Assembly: GCA_040357565.1 (NCBI GenBank)
Contig: JBDODJ010000005.1
DNA length: 64,000 nt
Source: Cercozoa sp. M6MM
Taxonomy: Eukaryota; Protista; Endomyxa: Ascetosporea
Reading direction: 5' to 3' (one strand)
Shown: positions 40,274-53,272 of the stretch, one piece after another
How the letters are laid out: the number at the start of each line of letters is the position of its first letter
Numbering within the stretch: the first letter of the stretch is position 1
The notes under the pieces: generated by a model
The model's database searches: none
Told to the model about the DNA's origin: nothing
The model's input: the letters and a program-made list of their open reading frames with translations, nothing else
Position numbers and translations under genes: made by a program

Positions 40274-43200
40274 ATGTTGGCATGGTGCACGACGCTGCTG
40301 CTGCTGCAGCTCGCCCTGCGACCGGTAGACGCGATATATAAATGCCTCCGTGAATGCAAGCCTAGATGGGACGTCGCGAAGCTGTCGCCGCTGACGGTAA
40401 AGCAGTCTCACCTGTCGAGTCGCACCCAAGCGTCCCGGTGTATTTATCTCTGTGTGTGTTTGTGTGGCAGGCGCCAAAGTTCCTTTTGGACGGCAGCGAA
40501 GAAGGCAGCGACGAGTACGAAACGAGCAAACAAACGCCGAGCATTGCGGTGCCTGGAGATTCTTCGAAGAAGCAGGAGCGTGCCGTGCTGCACGCGGTGG
40601 GACTCACGGGTAGTCCGATTGTGTGCACCTCGATGCTGGCTGTGTTTTCGCTGAGACCGGGTGGCAACTTTTCCTTTGTACCCCATTCCCTTCCTCCTCT
40701 GGAGACATGTGTGCGAGGACGTGCGCGTGTCGTATGCGCAGCATGCCTGCATGTGGTGTGTGTGTGTGTGGAAGTAGACAACAGGCTGCAGGATGTTGCA
40801 CTACCTGTGCGGGCACTGCGAGGGCGGCGCGTGCGCACGCGACCTATGGCTCGGTGCAGAAGACGTCGACCCGCCGCCACGTGAGTTGGTTTCGGACGGC
40901 AAGTGCAACTACCGTCGCGGCACCATCACCACCGAGTACGATCCTTCCTTCTCCTGGCCCACTATAATTCCCTGTAGCTACTTACGCCTCTTGTCTGCAG
41001 CAAGAACAAGACAGTGGGCGCGCACATCATCGAACAAAAGATCGAGATCCTAGGACATGTGTCGGAGGAGAGGCACGAGTTATTCGACCCGTTTGAGCCG
41101 GTCGAAGTCGAGGACAGTTGGACCACGCCGATGGACGCTTCCTTCGCTGGCGTGGTTTGTTTCGCTTTCTTGGCACCTGCCCTCCCTCAGATTTGCCTCC
41201 TCACTCCTGTTTTTATACTTTGGATGCGTGCATGCGCGTGTGTATGTATGTGTGTGTGTGTGTGTGTGTAGTGGTGGAGCGAGGACGATACCGACACCGA
41301 AGCCGAGAGTATAGGCGACTCGATCGCCGCCATGGCCAACGACGACGCCGTTTTGGTGATCGGTTTTGTTCCGGCCATGGCTGCCGACCTCCGTGTGGCC
41401 AGGACGCACAACGTAGCATTTGCTTCTTTTCTTTGTACCCCTCTTATACATTTGTTCAATGTGACCACGCAGTCATCCTTCTACCTCAACGACTACTCCA
41501 TGTCAGACCCTCTCGAATACAATGGTACCCTCCAGCACCTGTACACCCTTTCCGCTACCTGTACACCCTTTTACTCCAACGCTGCTTCCCGCAGACTGGC
41601 GGAGAGTGGACGCGGCCGGAACCCTGCCGCTGAGCGCACTCGCTCCAAAAGTGTTGCTCAACGATTCCTTCGCCGACATAGAGGACGCTCTGGGCAACGG
41701 CGACGATATCTTCTTGCGGTATGTTTCTGTCCTTCTGTTACCCGTGTCAGCCTCTGCTCTATCCCCCATCATACCCGTGCCTGTATTAGACTCCGCGTGC
41801 GTGACGGTCTGGCCTCTGAACACGTTGTCGTGGGCTGTCGCAACAGCGAGACCTATGAGATGGTACACTCTTGCATGACACAAGTACACGCGTGTTTCCG
41901 ATGTGCACACTCGAACGGCGAATGTATGTGTGAAGGTGCCGCTAAGCAATGCGACGCTGCGCAAGGTGCCTGAGTTTGAGGGCGACACGCGCGTATGCAG
42001 CAAGCACGTGAACAACGTGCACTATGCGCCGGCACACGCGGCCTATGACCTCTCCTTTGGCCTCGTGGCGTATGCCGTACTGTTGCGCGAGGAGGTGCTG
42101 CGTCGGTGCCGTCCCGACGTGGCCGGCCAGGACAGAGGTGTCCCGGCAGACGACGGCGAGTACACGGTGGCCAGCCACCATCTGCCTGCCGACGGCGACA
42201 TCAGGGAAGCCCCCACCCAGGAGGGCGCTGCGGTGCGAGTGCAACTTTTTGCGAGTCTGGCAGGGTCGCCCGTGACCGACAGGAAGATCACGACGCTCGA
42301 ATTCGCCGTCGACGTAGCCTACCGGTCCTCGCATACACCCGAGCAGGACGACAGCAGCGTCGACAGCGGCGATGCCTTCGTGGTCTCCGTGTCGGTCACG
42401 CTGGTTCTCTTCGCTGCCGCCGGCGCTCTGTTCGCGGCGCACGTGGTGCGACGGCGCCAACAGCAGCACAAGAAGGCCACCGGGACCGCAGACGACACCA
42501 GCGACCTGGAACTCGCCTCTGGCTCCAGCACTCCCGACCACGAGGCAGCCGCTGCGACGGCTACCACGGCGACACCGGTGCTGCCGGTTGCTGTGCCGAC
42601 GCCTGCGCCTGCTGTGACTGGCACCGTCGTGGGCGCTGCCGCTGCCGAGCATTTCCTCGTGGACTCTGAGACACTGGCGCGACAGGTACACCGTTTTATT
42701 CCTCTTACCCCCCCCCCCCCATGTGTCCGACTGTAGCGGCGGCGACAACGGCCTGGTCGACGACCGTCGGAGAAACCGATGCGCTACGCGTGTCACCTGT
42801 GCGAGCGAGCGGTATCCAGCTCCTCCTGTCAGTGGGAGGGGTGTCTATCTATGTGTGGGGTGTACCTATCTTGGTAGTTCGCACGGCGGTACAACCTTAA
42901 GCGGCACCTCAAAACGCACTTGACAACGCGACCGTGGATGTGCGCACGCCACGGTTGCCAGCGGCGCTTCGCTGATCGCAGCAGCTGCCGCGCGCACATG
43001 CTCACGTGCCGTGACGGTACCCTCTTTTTGCCCCGTGGATGTGGGTCCGCCTCAGTGCGCATGTACTCTACCTACAACTCCATGTCCCTGCAGGCAATGA
43101 GGACGTCGACGACAACGACGCGGCGCCCGTACGCGTGAAGGCGACGGACGGCGCCTCGGTAGAGGCCACGGCGGCCACCGAGCAGTTGTTTCAGCGTGCC

Positions 43201-43823
43201 ATTGCCTACAGCGAGCAACAGCTGCGACAACGGCAACAACAAAAGCAGCAGCAGCAACAACAGCAGCAGTCGCAGCAGCAGCATCAACTTCAATTGCAAC
43301 AACAGAGACAGCAGCAACTTCAGCAACAGCAGAAGAGTCTGCACACACAGTCATCCAGCCACCACAGTCACCATAGTCACCGGATTCTTAGCAACACCAG
43401 CAACAACAACAACAACAACAACAGTTTCTCCAACAACAGTCACGTCATGCACGAACTCATCAGTGGCATGCTCAGCAGCAACTACGAACTGTCCTCGTCG
43501 TTGTCGACCATGCTGCGCACCCCGCCGTCGCAGCCGCAGCGTTTTGTGCCGCGCACGAGCTTCGTGCCTTTGCTGCCTTCCCAGGTACTGCCCCTGTGCT
43601 CCCTATGTGTGTCTTTGCCTGTGGGATCTCGGTCCTGTTGTAGCTGCTTCCAAAGCCAACGGACGAATTGTCTTCGCTGGCCCTGTATGGCTCCGTGGAT
43701 AACGCTGTGTCGGAGTCGTTCGCAGCGTCGCCGTCGCCCGTACACGCAACTCCACGCACTGACCATTCACTGAACGACGACTACCCATTTACCACGTCCC
43801 GGCCATCGATGTCCGCCTTTTAG
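40274..43823 (+). CDS. type I membrane protein with cytoplasmic C2H2/C2HC zinc fingers and a polyQ/N tract (candidate membrane-tethered transcription factor)
   Basis: Signal peptide MLAWCTTLLLLQLALRPVDA; TM AFVVSVSVTLVLFAAAGALFAAHVV+RRR (~42374-42457); spliced YACHLCERA|FARRYNLKRHLKTH-LTTRP-WMCARHGCQRRFADRSSCRAHMLTC; all joins GT-AG and in frame. Confidence 0.8.
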
Positions 43824-44399
43824 TGTTGTTGTATTGTACTCTCCACTGCACTAGCGTCGCGTAATTCAACACACATAACCGAACGTAATCCATCGAGCTT
43901 AAACGTGGATTGAATCCATCGAGCATATTGTTGCGAGATTGCCAATGCACATCTTAGTGAAGACAACGACTAAAGAAAAGTAAGAATGTAACGTAAGGTC
44001 GTTTGAATTAGTGTTCGCCTTGGGGTAACTGAAAGATAACAGAAGGAAGGAGGTTACCCCAAGGCAGGACAGAGCCTCTTGCCAGCTCAAGATAGAGCAA
44101 GTCGGTTGCTTTGGTGTCAACAAGCACGGTCCTGTTGTGGTACCTGATATATGGAAAGAGGGCGGTTTCCAATTCTTAAAGCAGTTTCGAGCTGCTCGCC
44201 ACTCAGCCAAACACAGGGCATGCCAAGCTAGGCAACACTTAACTTTTAAGTTACCAACTCTCAACCTTAGCAAAACACTTCACTTCTTGTTGGCATGTAG
44301 TCAGCCGAGTAGATGTGCCGGCTTCATGACGGAAAGTCGGGAACGGAGTGTTCAGGATGTACCGTACTGGCGGTTCAGCTCGGATTCAGTTCGTTGAGT

Positions 44400-46400
44400 T
44401 GCTTAATTTGGTATCGGTATTGATACTCACGACCATGGTAAACTTAAATGCGATTATGATCGAATTCCATTGCTTCAGTTCGGCGCGCGCAACGCAGTTC
44501 GCCAGCACTATGTTTTGTTCAGTTGGCACCAAGCCTGAACTGCCTGCAACGCAACTGAACTACAACATTGACACTCTGCCGGCCGGGTATACCGTCGCGT
44601 TCAGCTAACGTAGCTAATCTTCGCCTGCAATGTCACGCCGCAACTGGGCGCAGTGATCTTCTATACGCTCCTCATCGTCGGCAGCGTGCAACTTGAGCCC
44701 TTTCAGCTGCACCGCATCTCAAAACAACCTCCGCATATCAGTATTGATACGTACCCCTACAGTTGTAGCTTCAATCATGCGACATGAAGCTGACATCTCT
44801 GACTTTAGCGCATCTGTGGCTACGTCATTCAACATAGAGATGCGGTGCCGCTCTAAAGCGGCAGCGCCGTCGATGGCGATCTTTCGCACCTCTTTTTCTG
44901 TCGGACCGAAATCGGAAGAAAATCATCGTTCCTTGGAGTACGGAGTTCGTTCATCATTGTGCACTGTACCATGACGTTTCGACTCTTCTAGTGCCCGCTT
45001 GGCGGCTTGCACTCGGATAGGGTCGACAGCTGTTTTCTGTTGCAATATAGCTGTAACACAAGTGTACCGCCGGTATCTTCGCGGGTACCTGCGATAGCTT
45101 CCAAAGCGTCTTGTCTCGCTCGCGAAGATCGTCTTGCGCTTTTGAAAGCGTGTGCAACTGTAGTTCCATGTCCTGTTGCGTCATAACGATGCTTCCCCGT
45201 AAGCGTGCGCTGATGAGTTCTCGCTGTCGGTATGCCAGTTGTCGGAACTGCGGTTCACACATTTTACAAAAAATTGACTTCACACCTCACTGGATGTGAA
45301 TCGTTTTCTGTTTACATGTTTAGCTCGCTGCTCTTGAATTCGAGCCAATTGAACGAGCAACTCTCCGGTCAGCGTAATATCTTCGGCTTCTTCCTATATC
45401 ACGAGTGTATCAATAGTTCTAAACTACCAATAAAAGCCGTCTGTTCAGTCACAAAGCTACGATTTCGCCTCGAGAAACCTCAAGCGACACACCGTCGCAG
45501 TTGTGTGTGTTAATCGCGTGGACGATGCGGTCTGTGCAGTCTGCTACTTCTTCGAGTTTTGAGGCCAGCTGTCAAATGATGAACGCTCAATGAAAACTGA
45601 AATATCGTACGACCGGACTGATACTTCACATACATAAATTTACACGCATAAATTTACATGGAGATAAAATTAGCATACACACAGTATAGTGCTCTATCTT
45701 GTGGGATAGCGAAAGTGATACATTTTCGAACTGCTTGGACAAGGTTTTGTTCAACTCGGTTGACGAATTTAGCCGTAACTTCAGAGCAGTGAGCGCTTGG
45801 TGTGCTGCGCTGTCGCTCATCACTACCGACGAGTCTAGAGACAATTTCGAAGCCCTTACTCTATCACTGCATCACAGCAGTAGGTTATTTCAGAGTGAGC
45901 GCTCCGCGCTGCTGGGGGAAACAACACAAAAACACACAAACTGACTGACTGTTGGTTTCCGACAGTCACGGCAAGTTTAAACTGAATCACCAGCGTAGAG
46001 GATATATCTGGTGAGCGTAGCAGTTAAAGGTAACGATGTAAGTCAGTTGCACGAAGTATGAAGTCGCCTCCGAGGGCTAGCACTAAGACGACAAACGCAA
46101 GCGCAGGCGCCGTCAAACTGCGCAACTTGACAAGTCTTAATATTAATACCAATATACAGTTCAAACATATGCAGTAAAACTCACAAGCCAGGACTCTCCA
46201 GAAGAGCGCGTATTTCATCTTTCGAGTTTTTGTCTGTTAGGATATCTGGAAAATCCTCAGGGTTGTCGTCGCCACACCAATCTACTTCGTCCTCCGTTGG
46301 TGCGACTTTTCGGGAGGTATACCGCTCCATGGCACCGATGGCAACGCTGTCGCTTGCTGCTAGCACCAGTCAGACCTTTTTCAACTTTTTCGGCCTAATG
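44400..46400 (-). CDS. hypothetical coiled-coil protein
   Basis: Heptad-like exons (LTALKLRLNSSTELNKTLSKQFE; QQDMELQLHTLSKAQDDLRERDK); boundaries approximate. Confidence 0.4.
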
Positions 46401-46580
46401 GTCCATACAGTACGCGCGGACGATCAAGTGGACTGAACAGATCACCAAAAGCACGCTTGCCGTATTTAACTGTCTGGGCAGATTGAAACAGTATAAGATA
46501 AAGGCAGCACACGTGTGCACCTGCCTGTGGACTGCATTTTTTGCCACAGGTGAGTCATCGTGTGTTGTCGTGTGACGCCC

Positions 46581-47829
46581 ATGATTCGCAACATCTTGGT
46601 CGTCAACAAGTCAGGCATCACTCTCTTCGAGCAGGAGTTTGTTGATGGAATCGATTCGGGCAAGACGCGCATTCTGGGCGGCCTCGTTACGGTAGGGTAG
46701 CCTTTGAAAGCTTGACGCACTGAAGAATATGCGATGTCGCAGGCAATGATGCACAAAGCCAAGCTCAACACAGGCATGCCGGTGTCCTACCTCGAGATGG
46801 ATCACATTGCCATGGCACTTGCTGTCTCTGCCAACGATGTACTGTTTGCCTGTTCTCTTTGCTTTCTGCCGTTTATCCCATACCGTCCCTACCCAGGGCG
46901 TCACAACTGTCGTTGTACACGATGCCGATGATGGCGAAATCTTTGGCAAGGTACTTTTCTTTTTCTATCCTGTCCCTTGACTCCCTTTGCAATTTTACCC
47001 TTTGTACTTTGTCTTTTATCCATTATCCTATGAGCTGTATCCTTTATCATTTACCCTTTTCCTTTTGCTACCATTTCCCTACCTCCCTGCCAGTTAATCT
47101 GCGAGACGGTGCTGCGCGCCTTCATCGACGCCTTCGCGGCCACGCTGCGAACGGCGCAGGACAGCGGTGCCGTGCAACCCGACGAGTTCCGCACATTTCA
47201 GTACTCGCTCAAGGGCGTGTTTGACGCCTGTCTGCCACCTGTCTTGGCTCGCATGGTATCAGTCAGAGGGACAGAGAGCAAAACGGAGTGAAGGGAGGTC
47301 GAACTTTAACATTCTGTGTTTGCAGGCCACAGAAAGAGGCGTGCTGCAGGCCTTTTTGGTGGCCGAGCAGCAGATGACTCCGCCAAACGCGTCCGTCGAT
47401 CGCTTGGCCATCGTGGTCAATCTCGAATCGCTGCTGGACGATGCAGACTCTATCAGTAGCCTTAACTTTACCCCCATTTGCCTCTATCCTATATGCTTCC
47501 TCTAATCCGTATCTCTTTGGCTGGTGTGCAGTGAACTTTCGCAGAGACCACTGCTCGTCAATCCACCTAGAGAGCGACGAGGCACTGCTCAGCGTGCACA
47601 GGATACAGGGCCTTGCTCTCGTTGTCAAGTTCTCTCGCAGTGTTGCCGTACATCCTCTTCCCCTTTTGACTCCTCGTCTGTGTCTGTCGACAGTCTGGCA
47701 TCTTGCTGGAACTGGTGTGTGCAGGCATCGCAACGAACACGCGTCATGCGCAAGTATCTGCCGCTGCTGCAGACTGTTCTGAGTCAGGCGTCGCTCGCGT
47801 CGCGGCACTTTTCGGCCACGGAGCGCTAA
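46581..47829 (+). CDS. longin-like domain protein, possibly with a C-terminal roadblock-like domain
   Basis: MIRNILVVNKSGITLFEQEF..ILGGLVT|AMMHKAKLNTGMPVSYLEM..VTTVVVHDADDGEIFGK|LICETVLRAFIDAF. Confidence 0.55.
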
Positions 47830-48504
47830 CGGTCCGGAGTTTGGCTGCCATTGGACCGGTGGCTCCGCTCGGACTTGCGTTGAACTTTGAACTGCGCTCG
47901 ACTGAATTTTGTAATTGTGTGTTATGGTCGGGCACGGCACACGAATCATATACGTACGTACGGACACAGTTAGTTGCTGCTACGCTAACGTAACGTAACG
48001 TATCCTACAGGAACCAGATGTCGAGATGAGGGAGAGTGCGGCGGCGCCCTTATGCAATGCGCTCAGGTGTCTTCTTCCGTCTGCTTGCCCAGGGCTTTGT
48101 GTTGTCAACAGGTTCTTCAAGGTCAATACATCGCTGTCAAAATCTTCGAGTTCAAAATCGTTGTCCTGCTGGTCAATTTATTCTGTGCTCAGGTCTGCCC
48201 CTTGGTGCTTGTGCCCAGCGAAGGACTCAACCAAATGCTAAGCGGCATCTTCAAGAGCCTTTTCGAAATGATTTTGAAACCTGCGCTGGGCAAGCAGAGC
48301 ATTTTCGAAATGGGAAATGGGTTTCACCGGCATAACGTGACACGATACGATACGCCTTGCACTGCGCTAAATTTAGTCCAATGGGTATGATTCGACAGTC
48401 ACCGACAGTTAAGCTAAAAATGAGCTCCTGCTTAGCTAGTTGAGTTTCCGGTATCTTCGTCGCTGCTGCCTTCATTCGGATGCCAAACTATCGTTTCTCA
48501 ATTA

Positions 48505-49628
48505 TCAGTTGCTGGCCGACGACTGATCAGTGCGAAGCCAGTCGACGGGGTTTCGGCACGCCTCCAGCAACTCGTCTGTGCGTGCGCGGGTTGGCCCAAT
48601 TCATCTCAATCCAAAATGAAACTACCTTGGTAGGCATGCGTGGTTTCGTGACAGTACTCCCAGCGTGCCGTGAGCGGCATCGACATCAGGATGCTCTGCG
48701 TACACATGCGTGAGATAGACCACGTGCGCAGGGAGAAGGGGTAGTTTGGTTCACCTCAATACGAGCACCAGGCTTGAGCAGTCCAAACGACGTGCCGCGA
48801 TCGTACACAAGGTTGAATTCGACATAGCTACCAGACAAAGTAGGGGGGGGGGGGGGGGGGGTTGGGGCAAGTAAATTGAAAGCTCGATGGGTACCGTCCG
48901 CGGCGCACCTGCTGCCAGAGTTTGTGATGCTCCTCGAACTCGCTGTCGCACCGCTGGCGCACGCACTGCGTGAAAGACTTCGTGAAGGCGGCTCCACCCT
49001 ATAGTCCCCAGTTTTTGCCACTTACAATAAGCTACCCATACTGTCAAACCACACAGGCAGAATACATTGCGCAGCATCTGCAACAGCGCCGCCTGGGGCA
49101 GCGTTTCTTCGTCGAGGTCGTCAAAGAATATGCCACCTGGGCGAGGCAGTAACAGGGGGGGTAACAATATACGGGAGGAGGGGGTACCAATGCCACGAGT
49201 CTCGCCGCGGTGCTTGATCAGGAAGTACTCGTCGCACCACCTATAATGTTACCCACCATACCAACAACAAACAAATAACAGCACAAAGCACGAGAGAGTA
49301 CTTCTTGAATCGCGGATACAAGGACGTATCAAACTCGTCTAGCATGTCCCTACAAATGCAACATGCACATGAACGTGCTCCCAGACATAAAGATGTGTAG
49401 TTTTACTTGTGCGCCTGGTGGAAGAGTCGCGCGTCCTCGTGATACAGGATCGACGGTGTCAGGTCGCCTCCTGAACAAGCAAGCAAGCAAGCACTGTATG
49501 GGCACAAGGAAGCATGTGTAGCAGTGATGTGTACCACCACCGCACCACCAGCACAGTGGCTCAAAGTCGTCGCCGTTCTCACCGGGCAGGCCTGCACAAT
49601 AGAGACAGTGCCAAAGTCTACACACACA

Positions 49629-49694
<66 letters not shown>

Positions 49695-49854
49695 CACACG
49701 CACACACACACACACACACACAGACACAGGCACAGAAACAGGCACAGAACGCACATGTCTCTTAAATAATACGGTACCAAGCTGGAAAAATCGGTAATTC
49801 ATGTGACCAGTCGGCGCGTGCGGATTGCTGCGGTCACGCACAAATCACGACACA

Positions 49855-49887
<33 letters not shown>

Positions 49888-50759
49888 AGTAGACAGAGGG
49901 TACTGCGGGTGAATGACGGTGCTAACAGACGCTGCGAACAGCGGCAGCTGCACAAGTCCACACGTACACAGAAAGGTAGAAGAACAAGTGACCACAGGAG
50001 TACCTCGGTGGCACCTCGTTGCTTGGCCTGGGGACACACACATCAACACAAGTAAACGGTGTGTACAGAAATGGACTACACACACATGTACCTCCTTGAC
50101 GGCAAAGGCAACTTTGGCGTGGTGTGCTGTCATCTTTTCGGCCGCCACTAGTGGTAGTGTGCCTGAACAGAAGCTTTTTCTGTTAAAACAGTGCGAACTG
50201 TGACACTATCCCAGAGGTACCAATGGTGACTGACACGGCGACACCTGCCTTCTCAAAGACCTACAACACAAGCGTATGCACACAACATGTGCCACATGGA
50301 AGGAATACCTTGCCATCAGTCAGAACACGCGTAATGCCACCACCACGCCCATGTGCACGGTCCCATGAGTCCTAAAAAGTTAAAGCAGACATAAATCTCA
50401 TCTGCAACTGGCCAAGGCTTCTATATTTACCTCAATGCACGTCGCTGTCGGGTCCAGTTCGAACAAAGCCGAGGTCAATTCGTGCTGGATCTCACGTACG
50501 ATCTGGCCAAAGAAAGCAATGAAAGCAATCGAACAATCTCCTTTGCTCGCTTGGTGCTTCTACCATCTCGGCCTTGGGACGCACAGCATCAGTCTCATGT
50601 TTCGTGAATCGCGGTTCGCTCGGTGCCACGAATTCGTACACTGTGTGAGAGATTTAACTGTGAAAAACTTTGACTATCAAGGATAGGACACTGTACCTCG
50701 TGTCTCCTTGTGCCGCTGTGGCGCACGAGCACCCACCTCCTTCGCTACATGCATAAACA
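48505..50759 (-). CDS. CPOX: oxygen-dependent coproporphyrinogen III oxidase (Hem13/HemF)
   Basis: [34 protein letters not shown]|GDLTP, ETRGI|[35 protein letters not shown]. Confidence 0.95.
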
Positions 50760-51126
50760 TTACAAGAACGCTGTATCATTGGTCAGCGCAAATGCTACTG
50801 AGGTGCATAGACATCACGAATTCTCGATTTAGTCAGTATTTGTAACACAATCTTGTGCGTAAGAGGTCGCAACGCCACTAAAACGGAGAGTTCGGTTGTT
50901 TTGAGTCGGTACAGTGGTAGTATCTGTTCCACTCTGGAGTCGAATGGACAGTTGCTGTTAAAGCTGCAGCCCACTGCAGGACAAAAACTTGCTTTGACCT
51001 GCTGGGGGTGGCACCAGTGCGTTGATTGTACAGAAATTGCCCTACACGGCTTGAATTTTTCACTTTGCAAAGGTCAGTTTGCTTGAATTCATACGTTGCC
51101 ACATTTTGATCGACTTTTGGTCGCAG

Positions 51127-51365
51127 ATGGATGCCGATGAGCGCCTCAAGCAGTTCGTGAACGCGCTGGGTGCCGTTATTTTCTTACTCGTGATCGGGTT
51201 CCACCTAGTCGTGTCATCTGCAGGTGCGTTTCTTGGCAAAGCGATGTCTTTGGGCACCCGATGTGACACACTGCAGGTGAGAAAACCGACCGCATCGTCG
51301 CCGACGCGCAGCGAGAAGACTTTGCGCACGAATACGAAGAAAACGAAAGTGACAATAGCAACTAG
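51127..51365 (+). CDS. OST4: oligosaccharyltransferase subunit OST4-like with an acidic tail (intron ~51224-51277)
   Basis: MDADERLKQFVNALGAVIFLLVIGFHLVV matches the OST4 pattern (D..L..F.N.LG...F.L....H.V). Confidence 0.65.
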
Positions 51366-51567
51366 ATTATCTCTAGAACTGAAATGATTCTACTCAAATG
51401 AAATTAAACGGACTGACCGAGATCAGAAACAGGAAGTTCCGTCGCATCGATATTTTATTCCGCTAAAGCAGTACCCAAGTCAGTTAGATAGTTGAGTTTC
51501 ATAGGAAACCAACTAGGTAGTTTCCTGCACCAGTCTAAGGTGGGTCACTCAGTACCCAAGTCAGCAC

Positions 51568-53272
51568 TTACAGGCCTCGTGCAGTTTCAGCGTGCCGCAC
51601 AAAGTACGTCGGACAGTCGGTCCTACGTACAACGTTTAACTGAAGGTAGAACTGCATGGCAAGAGAAAACTGGTACATAAGTCCATGTGCAGGAAGAGTT
51701 TGCGCAAAGGTGAATTCACTGGCGTCGTTGAGCACCCAGAAACACACGCGAACACCTGAGAGTTGCCAAAATGATACAAACACTACAGGCACAGTCTGAA
51801 GTACAACTAACCTCTCTGGTGAAGCTGATGGTAGAGTGAATGCTGCGAGGTGGCCCACGTGTACCAGCGGACAAGCAGTTTGACGTACCACCTAAGGTGC
51901 AACAGCAACAACACAACAACAACAATCGCATCTGGTACACACGAGAAAAGAGAGAAAGCAATGATACTTCCACTCGCTGTATGGTCCCAGACGCGGCAAA
52001 AGCAGTCTTTCCTCCTGCTTTGGTGCAAACAGCGGTATCTCGAGGTAGCCTTCGTGTACAGGAAGTGCCCTGTCCATGTGAGACATACTATTGACACGAC
52101 ACACGCGTGCACAGGGTAGGACACTGGTACCACAGAAGACCAAACGTGTAGCACAGCAACAGCATGGCCACACGCTTCAGCGAGAAGAACAACTACGCGC
52201 AACAGGTAGTGTAGGAAGAAATAGGGAAAGCAGTTAAAGCAAGGTCAAGGAACAAAGTGAGGGCTACAGGAATGTCCGGGAACTCGGAGTGACAGTGCAA
52301 CGAATGACGCGCTGCCGTGCTGCCCCAGCTGTTAGAAGGACCAAGAGTAAATACAAGGATAATAGGGATGTCAAAAGGTCAGAAAGGTACACGACTCGCT
52401 CGGTGAGTCCGTACTTGCGAATAAGTTGACCAGTCTCACGCACTAGCGACGCAACAGCCTCGTCATCGTCGATTCGTTTTAAATCGATGTTGAAACTGAC
52501 GCCTGCATCTGCTCACAAGGCTGTCGAGTATTATGAAAAGAGAACGAGGTGAATGGCACCCTTAAACTCGGCAAAAACTTCTTCCAACAGCGGAATTCTT
52601 CGATCCTCTTCTGCACCGCTGATGTTCTGCAGATAAATGTGAATATCAGGAGAGAGGGTAAACAACGGATGTACCAAAGAGAGCTCATCCAGTGAGTTCT
52701 GGAGTGTTTTCGTGGCAGCGTGAAATGGCGGCGGCAGAAGCAGTTGTGACGCCGGCAACAACGGCGGCAGTTCGGACAGTCGTAAATCTCGCACGCGAAC
52801 GTTCTTGCCGCACAGTCGCACTAGCGAATCGTCGTGCACAACGACGACTTTGCCATCGCGTGTCAAATGCACGTCCATCTCGAGGTGCTGTGTACCAGAA
52901 TAACGGTGCCAAAAGGACAAGAAACGACGCGACTGTTGAAACATATGATACGGTCGCTCCAAGAGAAACAGCGTGGCGAAAAGCCAGTCTAAACGAACGG
53001 AACTTCCAGAAAAAAGGACGCACCAATATATCATATATCGTATATGGACGGAGGTCAGTTCGTACATTGTGTTTTCATAGCACTCTGCGCCACCGCCTCT
53101 ATGCACTGCGAAGGACAGATCGACTGCCTGTCCGAAATCGTGTCCAACATCATATAAAAGGCAAGAACGAAAGTACTCGACCAAGGCGAGGTTGAGGCTG
53201 ATTCTTCATGTGCCACCTCCAAGCGAATGCCACGCAGCATAGCGACCCTATGCCGGGAGCTAGCCACTGCAT
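51568..53272 (-). CDS. GDPD1: glycerophosphodiester phosphodiesterase, GDPD1/GDE4-like (lysophospholipase D)
   Basis: HRGGGAECYENT, LEMDVHLTRDGKVVVVHD, RIPLLEEVF, FNIDLK, FWVLND, TDCP; N-terminal anchor. Confidence 0.88.

Noticed and set aside
4412-51365. ER/glycosylation gene cluster (GAA1, UFD1, YOS1, DPM1, OST4)
   Set aside because: These genes are scattered among unrelated housekeeping genes and the distribution is compatible with chance.
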